Source: Burkholderiales bacterium
GTDB taxonomy: Bacteria > Pseudomonadota > Gammaproteobacteria > Burkholderiales > Burkholderiaceae_C
Assembly (NCBI GenBank): GCA_031403815.1
Contig: JANNGJ010000142.1
Coordinates: 1-47,498 of the forward strand
DNA length: 47,498 nt
Direction of reading: 5' to 3'
Shown here: piece after piece, positions 29,048-37,213 of the stretch
Layout: each line of letters opens with the position of its first letter
Position numbering within the stretch: position 1 is the first letter of the stretch
Notes under the pieces: model-generated
Databases searched by the model: none
What the model saw: only the letters and a program-made list of their open reading frames with translations
What the model was told of the DNA's origin: nothing
Translations under genes and position numbers: made by a program

Positions 29048-29716
29048 ATGACCCTCATCCTTGGCGGCTTTGCGCTGTCGAACTATGTCAACAAGGTCAA
29101 GCTCGTTCTGCTCGAGAAGGGCCTGCCCTTCACGGAGGAGCGCGTGGCCCCGGGTCACAAGCCCGACGACCTGCTGGCCGCGTCCCCTCTGGGCAAAGTG
29201 CCCTTCTTGCGCACCGAGCACGGCACGCTGTGCGAGAGCAGCGCGATCGTCGACTACCTCGAGGCGCTGGCACCCAGCCCCGCACTGTTGCCGGCCAACC
29301 CTTGGGCTGCGGCCAAGGTGCGCGAACTGGCGGTGTTCATTGACCTGCACCTCGAACTGGTAGCGCGTGAGATCTACCCACAGGCCTTCTTCGGCGGCAG
29401 CATCAGTGACAGCCAGAAGGCGCGCGTGCGCAAGCTGCTCGACAAGAACATCCTGGGCTTCAAGCAACTGGCAAAGTTTTCACCGTATGTGGCGGGCGAC
29501 ATGTTCACGCAGGCTGATTGCGCGGCCTACGTCTCGCTGCCGCTGGTGGCCCTGGCGAGCAAAATCGTTTATGGCGAAGACTTGCTGGCTGCCGGCGGTG
29601 TCGAATGGAAAGCCTACTGCGCGCTGATTGCGCAGCGCCCATCGGCGCAACGCGTCGACGCCGATCGAAAAGCAGACCAGGCGCGCTCGATCACAGCGGC
29701 CAGGGCCAAAGACTAG
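29048..29716 (+). CDS. glutathione S-transferase family protein
   Basis: 222-aa ORF. The N-terminal thioredoxin-like part has ...SPLGKVPFL....G..L.ES.AI.DYLE, followed by a helical C-terminal domain. Confidence 0.85.
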   Translation: MTLILGGFALSNYVNKVKLVLLEKGLPFTEERVAPGHKPDDLLAASPLGKVPFLRTEHGTLCESSAIVDYLEALAPSPALLPANPWAAAKVRELAVFIDLHLELVAREIYPQAFFGGSISDSQKARVRKLLDKNILGFKQLAKFSPYVAGDMFTQADCAAYVSLPLVALASKIVYGEDLLAAGGVEWKAYCALIAQRPSAQRVDADRKADQARSITAARAKD

Positions 29717-30570
29717 CCTGGCTGCGGCGCCGCCGGCGGCGCGAGTGAACGCAGCAACTCTTTGCGGTAGCGGTTGAGCTCCTGCACGCTGGCAAAGCTG
29801 CGCTCCATCAACAGGCTCATGTTGTGCAGGATGCGCTCGACGACCCTGCCTTCCCATACCGAGTCGAACTGGATTTGCTTGTCCAGCCACTGTTCGAGCC
29901 ACGCGGGGTCGGGCAAGCGCGACTGGACGGTGTCGCGCGGAAACAGCTTGGCGTTCACATGCAGATTGGTCGGGTGGAGCGCCTGCGCAGTGCGACGGGC
30001 GCTGGCCATCAAAACGCCGACCTTGGCGAACGCCGCACGGGCTTCGTCACCGAAGCGGTGCATGGCCCGCTTCATGTAGCGCAGGTAGGCGCCGCCGTGG
30101 CGAGCCTCGTCGCGGGCCAGGGTCTCGTAGATCGCCTTGATGACGGGCTCGCTGTGCCACTCGGCGGCACGGCGGTACCAGTGGTTCAGCCGAATCTCGC
30201 CGCAGAAGTGCAGCATCAGGGTTTCCAGGGCCGGTGCGGGGTCGAACTCGAATCGCACCGCGTGCAGTTCTTCTTCGCTCGGGACCAGATCGGGTCGGAC
30301 GCGGCGCAGGTACTCCAGCAGCACGAGGGAGTGTTTTTGCTCCTCGAAGAACCAGACACTCATGAAGGCCGAGAAGTCGCTGTCGTCCTTGTTATCACGC
30401 AGGAACATCTCCGTCGCAGGCAGGGCTGCCCACTCCGTGATCGCATTCATTTTGATGGTCAGCGCCTGCTCCTCGGTCAGCTTCGCGGCGTCGAAACTGG
30501 CCCATGGAATGTCCTGCTCCATGTTCCAACGCACCGCCTCAAGTTGCCTGAAGAGTTCCGGGTAGAGCAT
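29713..30570 (-). CDS. ferritin-like di-iron protein, soluble acyl-ACP-desaturase-like
   Basis: ORF 29713..30636 trimmed to ATG 30570 (MLYPELF...). It has two E-x-x-H di-iron motifs in helices (WFFEEQKHSLVL and LARDEARHGGAY) plus NAITEW...E and GEIRLNHWY. It lies 62 nt downstream of the carH/litR-like gene on the same strand. Confidence 0.6.
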   Translation of the reverse strand: MLYPELFRQLEAVRWNMEQDIPWASFDAAKLTEEQALTIKMNAITEWAALPATEMFLRDNKDDSDFSAFMSVWFFEEQKHSLVLLEYLRRVRPDLVPSEEELHAVRFEFDPAPALETLMLHFCGEIRLNHWYRRAAEWHSEPVIKAIYETLARDEARHGGAYLRYMKRAMHRFGDEARAAFAKVGVLMASARRTAQALHPTNLHVNAKLFPRDTVQSRLPDPAWLEQWLDKQIQFDSVWEGRVVERILHNMSLLMERSFASVQELNRYRKELLRSLAPPAAPQPG

Positions 30571-30632
30571 CGCCTGTCCTTGGTGAGTGCGGCTGAATTC
30601 TAGAGAGTATCGAGAGGGCGGTCGGGCGCCAC

Positions 30633-31547
30633 TCACACCGGCTCGCGGTCGTGCCAGGCGGTCAGTGCGGCCGTGATGTCACTCAAGCCGGACAGTACCT
30701 GCACGCCCTCGATCGCTCGGCGCTGTAGTACCGGCGCGCTGCCCCCGACCCAGACTTCCACGTGCGCAGGCAATTTAGCGCGCAATTCGGTGAGGCCCTC
30801 AGTGACCTGGTGCGGGTTGGTGCATCCGGTGTAGCTGAGCGCCACCACTTCACTGCGCAGGGCCGCCGCGGCACGGATGATGTCCCACACCGGTGTCTGC
30901 ACGCCCAGAGACGCGCAGCGGCAACCCTCGAGCGCCAAAATGGCCTCGGCCATCAACAAGCCCAAGCCGTGCGGCTCGCCCGGCACGGTGCCCAACAGCA
31001 CACGGGGGCGGCCGACACCGGCAGCCGGCAAGTGGTGCAAGGCATTGCGCAACACGACTTGCACAGATTCGGTATAGAGGTGCTCTTCAAAAACTTCGAG
31101 GCGGCCCTGCATCCACGCCTCACCCACTTGTGCATTCAGGGGCGCGACCACGTCGAGGACGAATCGGCCCAGGCCCATGCGCGCGAGGGCTCGCGCCATC
31201 ATGTCGCGCAGCAGTTCTACGTCGTGAAGGCGAATCGTCGCCATGAAGCCGCCCAGGTCGGGCGCAGCGCGAGCTTGCGCCTCGGGCGGGCGCGTCGGCT
31301 CGCGCAAGCCGCTGGCGCTCGAAAGCAGCTCGAGGTCGCCGGGCGCCATGGCGACGATGCGGCCTGGCCTATGGCCGGCATCAAGCAGGCGCTTGATGGT
31401 GCGCAGGCGCTCGACCTGCTCAAATGGGTAGCTGCGTTCACCCATGGCATCACGGTCCGGCAGCGGAAACCCGTAGCGGCGCTCCCAAATGCGCAAGGTG
31501 TCTTTGCTCAGCCCCGTGTCGCGCTCGACAGCCGATATCGACATCAT
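30633..31547 (-). CDS. carH: MerR-family, cobalamin-binding light-responsive transcriptional regulator (CarH/LitR type)
   Basis: ORF 30633..31718 trimmed to ATG 31547/31544. It has a MerR HTH (MSISAVERDTGLSKDTLRIWERRYGFP...YPFEQVERLRTIKRL). It has the helical-bundle motif W-x9-E-H (WMQGRLEVFEEH). It has the B12-binding motif set E-x-H-x-x-G ... S-x-L ... G-G (GEPHGLG ... VALSYT ... VGGSA). Confidence 0.85.
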   Translation of the reverse strand: MMSISAVERDTGLSKDTLRIWERRYGFPLPDRDAMGERSYPFEQVERLRTIKRLLDAGHRPGRIVAMAPGDLELLSSASGLREPTRPPEAQARAAPDLGGFMATIRLHDVELLRDMMARALARMGLGRFVLDVVAPLNAQVGEAWMQGRLEVFEEHLYTESVQVVLRNALHHLPAAGVGRPRVLLGTVPGEPHGLGLLMAEAILALEGCRCASLGVQTPVWDIIRAAAALRSEVVALSYTGCTNPHQVTEGLTELRAKLPAHVEVWVGGSAPVLQRRAIEGVQVLSGLSDITAALTAWHDREPV

Positions 31548-31672
31548 GATCGGTCGTGCCGTGAAGCTAGTTTGCACCTGCATCCCCTTGGCTGAATCTT
31601 GCGTAGACGCCCGGTGCGTGTTCGCCACAGGCCGTGACAGTGTAGGTAGAAACGACGTTCTGTACTGGACAA

Positions 31673-31686
31673 ATGTTGTGCAACAT
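31673..31686. promoter_or_regulatory. inverted repeat ATGTTG-TG-CAACAT, candidate regulator binding site in the carH / lipid-operon spacer
   Basis: 6+6 perfect inverted repeat read directly from the sequence. It shares the TGTTG/CAACA half-site with the repeat at 31731-31749. Confidence 0.35.
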
Positions 31687-31730
31687 GGGGATCGCTCTGG
31701 ATTCTTCGCCTTGTCCATGGAGAAATCGAT

Positions 31731-31749
31731 GTGTTGACATAGACAACAC
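31731..31749. promoter_or_regulatory. inverted repeat GTGTTG-N7-CAACAC overlapping the -35 box, candidate operator
   Basis: gtgttgacatagacaacac has outer 6+6 arms perfectly complementary, and the TTGACA -35 hexamer lies inside it. Confidence 0.4.
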
Positions 31750-31762
31750 TGGGTGGTAATAT
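31734..31762 (+). promoter_or_regulatory. near-consensus sigma70 promoter (TTGACA - 17 nt - TAATAT, with TG extended -10)
   Basis: TTGACA at 31734-31739, a 17-nt spacer, and TAATAT at 31757-31762 preceded by TGg at 31754-31756. It sits in a locally AT-richer stretch. Confidence 0.7.
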
Positions 31763-31920
31763 TCTATACTCCTTGGTTTAAGTTTGGTTGAGCTGCCGCC
31801 GATGTCACACCTCGTTGCAATCCTGTTGGGGGAACTTCATGCAGTGGCGGAGCTCCATGCCAAGGTATGGTTTTGCTTGCTGAGCGGCCTGCCAGTTCGT
31901 CTGGCTGCAATCTCCGAGCG

Positions 31921-31950
31921 CTTTTCCTCCTCCTCCCTCCCTCCCTCCTT
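31921..31950 (+). repeat. pure polypyrimidine compound microsatellite (CCT)3(CCCT)3-like mirror repeat
   Basis: cttttcctcctcctccctccctccctcctt contains no purine over 30 nt. cctccctccctccctcc is mirror-symmetric. Confidence 0.9.
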
Positions 31951-31985
31951 CGCTCGGGGGCGCCGCACGGCAACCTTTACTGCCA

Positions 31986-32020
31986 GGGGTACCGCTTCGC
32001 GCGGTACCCCTTTGTTTTTT
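31986..32020 (+). terminator. rho-independent terminator
   Basis: ggggtaccgc-ttcgc-gcggtacccc forms a 10-bp GC-rich stem followed by tttgtttttt. It ends 12 nt before the ATG at 32033. Confidence 0.8.
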
Positions 32021-32032
32021 CCGCGCTGAGCC

Positions 32033-33337
32033 ATGCGCCGCGTCGCAGTCATTGGCTCTGGCATCTCCGGCCTGTCCGTCGCCCACGGTTTGGCAGATGC
32101 GGCTCGGGTCACGCTGTTCGAGGCGGCGTCCTGGTTTGGCGGACACGCCCACACGGTCGATGTTCGGCTTGAGGGCATCCGGCATGGCGTCGACACCGGC
32201 TTCCTGGTTTTCAACGAGCGCACCTACCCCCAGCTGATCTCCCTGTTCGAGCGCCTTGGCGTCGACAGCGCAGCCTCAGAGATGTCGTTCTCGGTGCAAT
32301 CCCCTGCCACGGGCTGGGAATGGTGCGGCAGCGACTTGAACGGTGTCTTCGCTCAACGCCGCAACCTGGTGTCGCGACGCTTTCTGGGCATGCTGCTCGA
32401 CGTGGTGCGCTTCAACCGGCTGGCCACCGCCATCGCCGTTGGCCGCGGTGATGCCGAGCTCGACCAGCCCATCGGCGAGTTCCTGGACCAACACGCCTTT
32501 GGCTCTGACTTCCGCGAGGGCTACTTCCTGCCCATGATCGGCTGCGTCTGGTCCTGCCCTATCGAGCAGATGCTGCGCTTTCCGATCGGCACGATGATCC
32601 GCTTCTGCCACAACCACGGCTTGATTCAGTTGAGCAACAGGCCGCAGTGGCGCACCGTTCGCGGCGGCTCGCGGGCCTATGTCGCGAAGATGTTGGCCAG
32701 CATCCCGGACGCGCGCTTGGCAAGCCCTGTCCGTTCTGTTCAGCGCCTGCCACCCGGTGACGGCACGGCAGGCGTTGTCGTCGCCACGGACACGGGCAGC
32801 GAGAGATTCGACGACGTGGTGCTGGCCTGCCACAGCGACCAGGCGCTGGCGCTGCTGCGGGATGCCGGCCCCGAAGAACAGGCGGTCCTCGGGGCCATCC
32901 GCTACCACGCCAACCGCGCGGTCTTGCACACCGACACCACAGCGCTGCCGCGGCGCCAGCGCGCCTGGGCCGCGTGGAACTATGAGCGCGCGCCAGACCG
33001 CAGCCACGAGCAGGCCGGCGTGTGCCTGCATTACCTGATCAACCGGCTGCAACCGCTGCCCTGGAAGACGCCGGTGATCGTCTCGCTCAACCCACTGCGA
33101 CCGATCCGCGCCGACGCCGTGATCGGCGAGTGGGACTACAGCCACCCGGTGTTCGACCGTGCCGCGGTGCGGGCGCAAGCCCAGGTCCCTGCAATGCAGG
33201 GCCGCTCGCATGTCTGGTACGCGGGTGCCTGGACACGCTACGGTTTTCACGAGGATGGCCTGATGTCGGGGCTGGCAGTGGTGGCAGGCTTGCGTGCGAG
33301 TTGGGCCTTGCAAGGGGCCCGCGGGGTGGCGGCGTGA
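32033..33337 (+). CDS. NAD(P)/FAD-dependent oxidoreductase, amine-oxidase / phytoene-desaturase-like
   Basis: 434-aa ORF. MRRVAVIGSGISGLSVAH is a dinucleotide-binding fold, with ...GGHAHT... and a C-terminal ...YAGAWTRYGFHEDGL.... It is the first gene of the coupled operon. Confidence 0.8.
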   Translation: MRRVAVIGSGISGLSVAHGLADAARVTLFEAASWFGGHAHTVDVRLEGIRHGVDTGFLVFNERTYPQLISLFERLGVDSAASEMSFSVQSPATGWEWCGSDLNGVFAQRRNLVSRRFLGMLLDVVRFNRLATAIAVGRGDAELDQPIGEFLDQHAFGSDFREGYFLPMIGCVWSCPIEQMLRFPIGTMIRFCHNHGLIQLSNRPQWRTVRGGSRAYVAKMLASIPDARLASPVRSVQRLPPGDGTAGVVVATDTGSERFDDVVLACHSDQALALLRDAGPEEQAVLGAIRYHANRAVLHTDTTALPRRQRAWAAWNYERAPDRSHEQAGVCLHYLINRLQPLPWKTPVIVSLNPLRPIRADAVIGEWDYSHPVFDRAAVRAQAQVPAMQGRSHVWYAGAWTRYGFHEDGLMSGLAVVAGLRASWALQGARGVAA

Positions 33338-34095
33338 ACCCTTCGCCTTCGAACGCGCAGCTGGCCATTGGGTCGGTGCGCCACCTTCGCCTGCGTCCAA
33401 CGAAGCACCGCTTCGACTACCCGACTTACTTTCTGCTGCTGCCCTTGCGTTCGATGCGCGCCTTGCCAAGCCCGGCGCTGGCGCGCAATCGCTTCGGCCT
33501 GCTGGCCTTCCACGACAGCGATCATGGCGACGGGCGCGACGACTGCCTGGCCTGGCTCGACGAGCAATTGCTGCGCGAAGGCGTTGTCGATGCGGATGGC
33601 GAGGTCTGGCTGCAAACCTACCCGCGGGTGCTCGGCTACGCCTTCAAGCCTGTGAGCTTTTGGTACTGCCACCGCCGCGACGGCAGCCTGGCCGCCATCG
33701 TCACAGAGGTGAACAACACCTTCGGCGAGCGCCATTGCTACCTGCTGGTCGGCCCGGCCCTGGCCTGGGGCCAGGAACAACGGGCGCAGAAGGTCTTTCA
33801 CGTCTCGCCCTTCTGCCACATTGTTGGTGAGTACCGCTTCCGTTTTGCGCGCAGCCAAGGCCGCATCGTTGCGCGCATCGAGCACCACGACGCTGATGGT
33901 CCCTTGCTGCTGACCAGCGTCAGCGGTGCATTCGCCGCGGCTACACCCGCACGTCAACGTGCGGCCTTCTTTGGCCAGCCGCTGATGACCATCGGCGTGA
34001 TCCTGCGCATCCACTGGCAAGCGCTTCAGTTGTGGCTCAAGCGCGTGCCCTTCGTGCGCAAGCCCATCGCACCCGATCACTTCGTCACCCGCTGA
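33334..34095 (+). CDS. DUF1365 family protein
   Basis: In-frame part of ORF 33022..34095 from GTG 33334, which overlaps the upstream TGA (GTGA). It has ...VRHLRLRPTKHRFDYPTYFLLLPL...AFHDSDHG...FKPVSFWYC...VTEVNNTFGERHCY.... Confidence 0.75.
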   Translation: MNPSPSNAQLAIGSVRHLRLRPTKHRFDYPTYFLLLPLRSMRALPSPALARNRFGLLAFHDSDHGDGRDDCLAWLDEQLLREGVVDADGEVWLQTYPRVLGYAFKPVSFWYCHRRDGSLAAIVTEVNNTFGERHCYLLVGPALAWGQEQRAQKVFHVSPFCHIVGEYRFRFARSQGRIVARIEHHDADGPLLLTSVSGAFAAATPARQRAAFFGQPLMTIGVILRIHWQALQLWLKRVPFVRKPIAPDHFVTR

Positions 34096-34126
34096 AATTC
34101 GCAGCCCCATTCACTTCCGCAGTCCG

Positions 34127-35365
34127 ATGAACACGCCCGCCTCCAGTCTGTCCTCGCACGCGCCGGTGCGCCTCCCCCCAACCGCACCGGCGGCAGCTCG
34201 CGCCGTGCTGCGCTTGCTGTCAAGCCTGCGCCATGGGCGCCTCGATCTGCAATTGCCCGACGGCTCGCAGTCGCGCTTCGGCGATCCTCAGGCGGCTGGG
34301 CCGCATGCGGCGATCCGCCTGTTGAACTGGAACGTGTGCGCTGCGGCGCTGAAGTCGGGTGACATCGGCTTTGCCGAGAGCTACATCGCCGGGGACTGGA
34401 CCACGCCCGACCTGGCGGCGCTGATGAAGCTCTTTGTCGCCAACCGGGACGCGGTCGAGCATGTCATCTATGGCCAATGGTGGGGCCGGCTGCTGTACCG
34501 CGCCAAGCACCTGCTGAACCGCAACTCGCGCCGCGGCAGCCGCAAGAACATCCACGCCCACTATGACCTGGGCAATCCCTTCTACCGCCTCTGGCTCGAC
34601 CCGACGATGAACTACTCGAGCGCCTGGTTCGAGGGCGACCTGCAACGCAGCCTGCCCGCGGCCCAGCACGCCAAGGTCAGGCGCGCACTGCAGGAGTGCG
34701 GACTGCAACCCGGCCAACGCCTGCTCGAGATTGGCTGTGGCTGGGGCGCTCTGGCCGAGAAGGCGGCTGCGGAGTTCGCGGCCGAGGTCACGGGGGTGAC
34801 CTTGTCCAAGGAGCAACTGGGCTTTGCCCAGCAGCGCATCGAGCAGGCCGGCTTGTCGGAACGCGTGGCCTTGCGCCTGCAGGATTACCGCGACATCGAC
34901 GACGCCGCCTTCGACGCCATCGCCTCCATCGAAATGTTCGAGGCCGTGGGCCGCGAGTACTGGCCGGGCTTCTTCGCCACCCTGCGCGACAAGCTCAAGC
35001 CCGGCGGACGCGCCTGTATCCAGACCATCACGATCCGCGACGACCTGTTTGAGCGCTACGTCGCCGGTACCGATTTCATCCAGCAGTACATCTTCCCCGG
35101 TGGCCTGCTGCCCAGCCCGAGCCAATTCCGGGCCCATGCGCAGGCCGCGGGCCTCGAAGTCGTCAACGAGCTGGCCTTCGGCCCAGACTACGCCGAGACC
35201 CTGCGGCGCTGGCGTGAGCGTTTCCTGGCCGAAGAGTCGCAAGTTCGACGTATCGGCTTTGACACGCGATTCATGCGCATCTGGGAGTTCTATCTGGCTT
35301 ACTGCGAGGCCGCCTTCGACGGCGGCAACACCGATGTCATCCAGTTCACGCTGCGCAAGCCCTGA
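34127..35365 (+). CDS. cyclopropane-fatty-acyl-phospholipid synthase family SAM-dependent methyltransferase
   Basis: 412-aa ORF with ...HYDLGNPFYRLWLDPTMNYSSAWF..., SAM motif LLEIGCGWGALA, and ...SIEMFEAVG..YW..FF......L.PGG....Q.I.I. Confidence 0.88.
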   Translation: MNTPASSLSSHAPVRLPPTAPAAARAVLRLLSSLRHGRLDLQLPDGSQSRFGDPQAAGPHAAIRLLNWNVCAAALKSGDIGFAESYIAGDWTTPDLAALMKLFVANRDAVEHVIYGQWWGRLLYRAKHLLNRNSRRGSRKNIHAHYDLGNPFYRLWLDPTMNYSSAWFEGDLQRSLPAAQHAKVRRALQECGLQPGQRLLEIGCGWGALAEKAAAEFAAEVTGVTLSKEQLGFAQQRIEQAGLSERVALRLQDYRDIDDAAFDAIASIEMFEAVGREYWPGFFATLRDKLKPGGRACIQTITIRDDLFERYVAGTDFIQQYIFPGGLLPSPSQFRAHAQAAGLEVVNELAFGPDYAETLRRWRERFLAEESQVRRIGFDTRFMRIWEFYLAYCEAAFDGGNTDVIQFTLRKP

Positions 35366-35930
35366 CCCGGCCTCTCGCCGTCGCGCGCTGGTGGCCCTGG
35401 CCGCCTTCGCGACGGCCTGGCCTGTGGCGGCCCAGCCCAGCCCAGGTGTGGGCATGCCGGTGCCAGGTGAGGTTCTGGGCGATCTGCCGGGCGCCCGCCT
35501 GCAGGGCCAGGCGCGCCTGCGCTTTTTCGGCCTGCATGTGTATGACATCCGCCTGTGGGCGCCTGTGCTGCTCAGCACGGACGACGCATTGCGCAGGACA
35601 GCCGCACTGGAAATCGAGTACGCACGAGCGCTCAAGGGCTTGCAGATTGCCGACCGCTCACTGAGTGAGATGCGACGGGTCGCCGACTTCGAGGCCGCCG
35701 AAGGCGAGCGCTGGTTGGCGCGCATGCAGCAGCTATTTCCGGATGTCCAGGCCGGTGATCGCATCACCTTCGTCCACCGACCCGGTGAAGGTGGGCGCTT
35801 TCATGTCAACGGCCGGCTCGTTGGCGAGGTTCGCGACGCTGTATTCGCGCGCCTGTTCATCGGCATCTGGCTGTCGCCCCGCACCTCGGAGCCTCAGCTT
35901 CGCAGCGCCTTGCTCGGGTCGCCGCCGTGA
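35334..35930 (+). CDS. chalcone-isomerase-like family exported protein
   Basis: C-terminal part of ORF 34824..35930. The signal peptide RRRALVALAAFATAWPVAAQ is followed by ...RLRFFGLHVYDIRLWAP... typical of CHI-like (Chalcone_3) proteins. The ATG at 35334 overlaps the preceding gene by 32 nt, so the start is uncertain. Confidence 0.6.
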   Translation: MSSSSRCASPDPASRRRALVALAAFATAWPVAAQPSPGVGMPVPGEVLGDLPGARLQGQARLRFFGLHVYDIRLWAPVLLSTDDALRRTAALEIEYARALKGLQIADRSLSEMRRVADFEAAEGERWLARMQQLFPDVQAGDRITFVHRPGEGGRFHVNGRLVGEVRDAVFARLFIGIWLSPRTSEPQLRSALLGSPP

Positions 35931-37213
35931 GCGACGTAGCGCCGATCACGGCGCCCGCCGCAGCGGTCAGCGTGCGCAACGGGGTCACCTACGGCGCCCT
36001 TGGCTTTCCCTTGGCCTTCGTCGCCCTGCCGCTGTACGTGATCTTGCCGAACCACTACGCTACGGTCTTCGGCGTGCCCCTGGCCATGCTCGGCGTTTTG
36101 CTGCTGGCCACGCGCCTGCTGGACGCCTTTGCCGACCCATGGATCGGCCGCTGGACCGACACCTGGTTCGCGCATTCCACGCGCCGCGTGCTGGTGATCG
36201 GGGCCGCCGCTGCGGTCGTGTTGTCCTTCGGATTTCACGCCCTGTTCTTTCCCCGGGTCAGCGAGCCCACCGCATTGCTCATCTGGTGCGGCGCCTTTCT
36301 GGCCCTGACCTACCTTGCCTACAGCGTCCTGTCTGTCGTGCACCAGGCCTGGGGCGCACGCCTGGGGGGCGACGCGACACAGCGTGCCCGCATCGTTGCC
36401 TGGCGTGAAGGCCTGGCCTTGGCCGGCGTGCTGGTGGCCAGTGTGTTGCCGTCACTGGCGGGCCTGGGGCCGACCAGTGCCACGTTCGCCGTGGCACTGG
36501 TGCTCGGTGTGAGCCTGCTGACCATTGCGCCGCGCAATGCGGACGTGCGCACCAGCCGCCTTGCGCCGTCAATGCGTTTGCCGCTGGCCAATCCGGGCTT
36601 TCGGCGCTTGCTCTTGGTCTTCATGGTCAATGGCGTGGCCAGCGCCGTGCCGGCCACCCTGGTGCTGTTCTTCATCCGTGACCGCCTGCAATTGCCGGCC
36701 TATGAGCCCCTGTTCCTGTTCAGCTACTTTGCTGCTGGCGCGCTGTCGATGCCGCTGTGGGTTCGGGCCGTGGCGCACTTCGGTCTGGCGCGCTCCTGGC
36801 TGGCCGGCATGCTGCTCGCGATCGCGAGCTTTGTCGGCGCAGCTTCGCTGGGCGCCGGTGACCTGGTTGCATTCACCGTGATCTGCGTGGCCAGTGGCCT
36901 GGCGCTGGGCGCGGACCTGGCCCTGCCCGGCGCGCTGCTGGCCGGCGTGATCCAGCGCAGCGGGCACAGTGGCCACGCCGAAGGTGCCTACTTTGGCTGG
37001 TGGAACTTCGCCACCAAGCTCAATCTGGCGCTGGCAGCGGGTCTGTCGCTGCCACTGCTCAGCGCGTTTGGCTACACGCCCGGCGCGCGCGATGCCGGCG
37101 CCTTGCAGGCGCTGGCGCTGGCGTATGGCTTGCTACCCTGCGCACTCAAGCTGTTCGCGGCAGCTTTGCTATACGGCGCTTGGATGCGCCACCCTGTTGG
37201 AGACTCGACGTGA
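35927..37213 (+). CDS. MFS transporter
   Basis: 428-aa polytopic ORF with about 12 hydrophobic segments. The GTG start overlaps the upstream TGA (GTGA). Confidence 0.8.
   Translation: MSDVAPITAPAAAVSVRNGVTYGALGFPLAFVALPLYVILPNHYATVFGVPLAMLGVLLLATRLLDAFADPWIGRWTDTWFAHSTRRVLVIGAAAAVVLSFGFHALFFPRVSEPTALLIWCGAFLALTYLAYSVLSVVHQAWGARLGGDATQRARIVAWREGLALAGVLVASVLPSLAGLGPTSATFAVALVLGVSLLTIAPRNADVRTSRLAPSMRLPLANPGFRRLLLVFMVNGVASAVPATLVLFFIRDRLQLPAYEPLFLFSYFAAGALSMPLWVRAVAHFGLARSWLAGMLLAIASFVGAASLGAGDLVAFTVICVASGLALGADLALPGALLAGVIQRSGHSGHAEGAYFGWWNFATKLNLALAAGLSLPLLSAFGYTPGARDAGALQALALAYGLLPCALKLFAAALLYGAWMRHPVGDST

Larger units (their letters stand above)
31769..32020 (+). ncRNA. candidate small RNA or cis-regulatory leader (about 250 nt) with a CU-rich anti-SD-like hairpin loop; family not recognised
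   Basis: Bounded by the promoter at 31734-31762 and an intrinsic terminator at 31986-32020. Predicted helices are 31771-31776/31860-31865 plus 31790-31800/31846-31855, then 31891-31895/31901-31905, then 31914-31920/31951-31957 enclosing a 30-nt loop CUUUUCCUCCUCCUCCCUCCCUCCCUCCUU. The only ORF (81 aa, 31784..32029) is low-complexity and lacks an RBS. Confidence 0.55.

Noticed and set aside
29713-29716. Convergent GST and di-iron genes share the palindrome CTAG as overlapping stop codons
   Set aside because: This is a real overlap but probably incidental. It implies no terminator between the two genes and is not a feature in itself.
31770-32020. Cobalamin riboswitch, considered because the neighbouring regulator binds B12
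   Set aside because: I could not find the conserved B12-box or the GGUGAAA / GCCACUG core arrangement on the plus strand. GCCACTG appears only on the minus strand, out of context. cmscan would be needed to exclude it formally.
31784-32029. 81-aa ORF inside the candidate RNA (MVELPPMSHLVAILLGELHAV...SSSSLPPSFARGRR...)
   Set aside because: It has no Shine-Dalgarno sequence. It runs through the polypyrimidine tract and the terminator stem, and its composition is dictated by those elements. The RNA interpretation is better supported.
34220-35767. 515-aa minus-strand ORF, and the long version (34824..35930, 368 aa) of the plus-strand ORF
   Set aside because: The minus-strand ORF is antisense to the CFA-synthase-family gene. 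Only the C-terminal roughly 198 codons of the plus-strand ORF (signal peptide plus CHI-like domain) look real. Its upstream part is an alternative frame of the methyltransferase gene.
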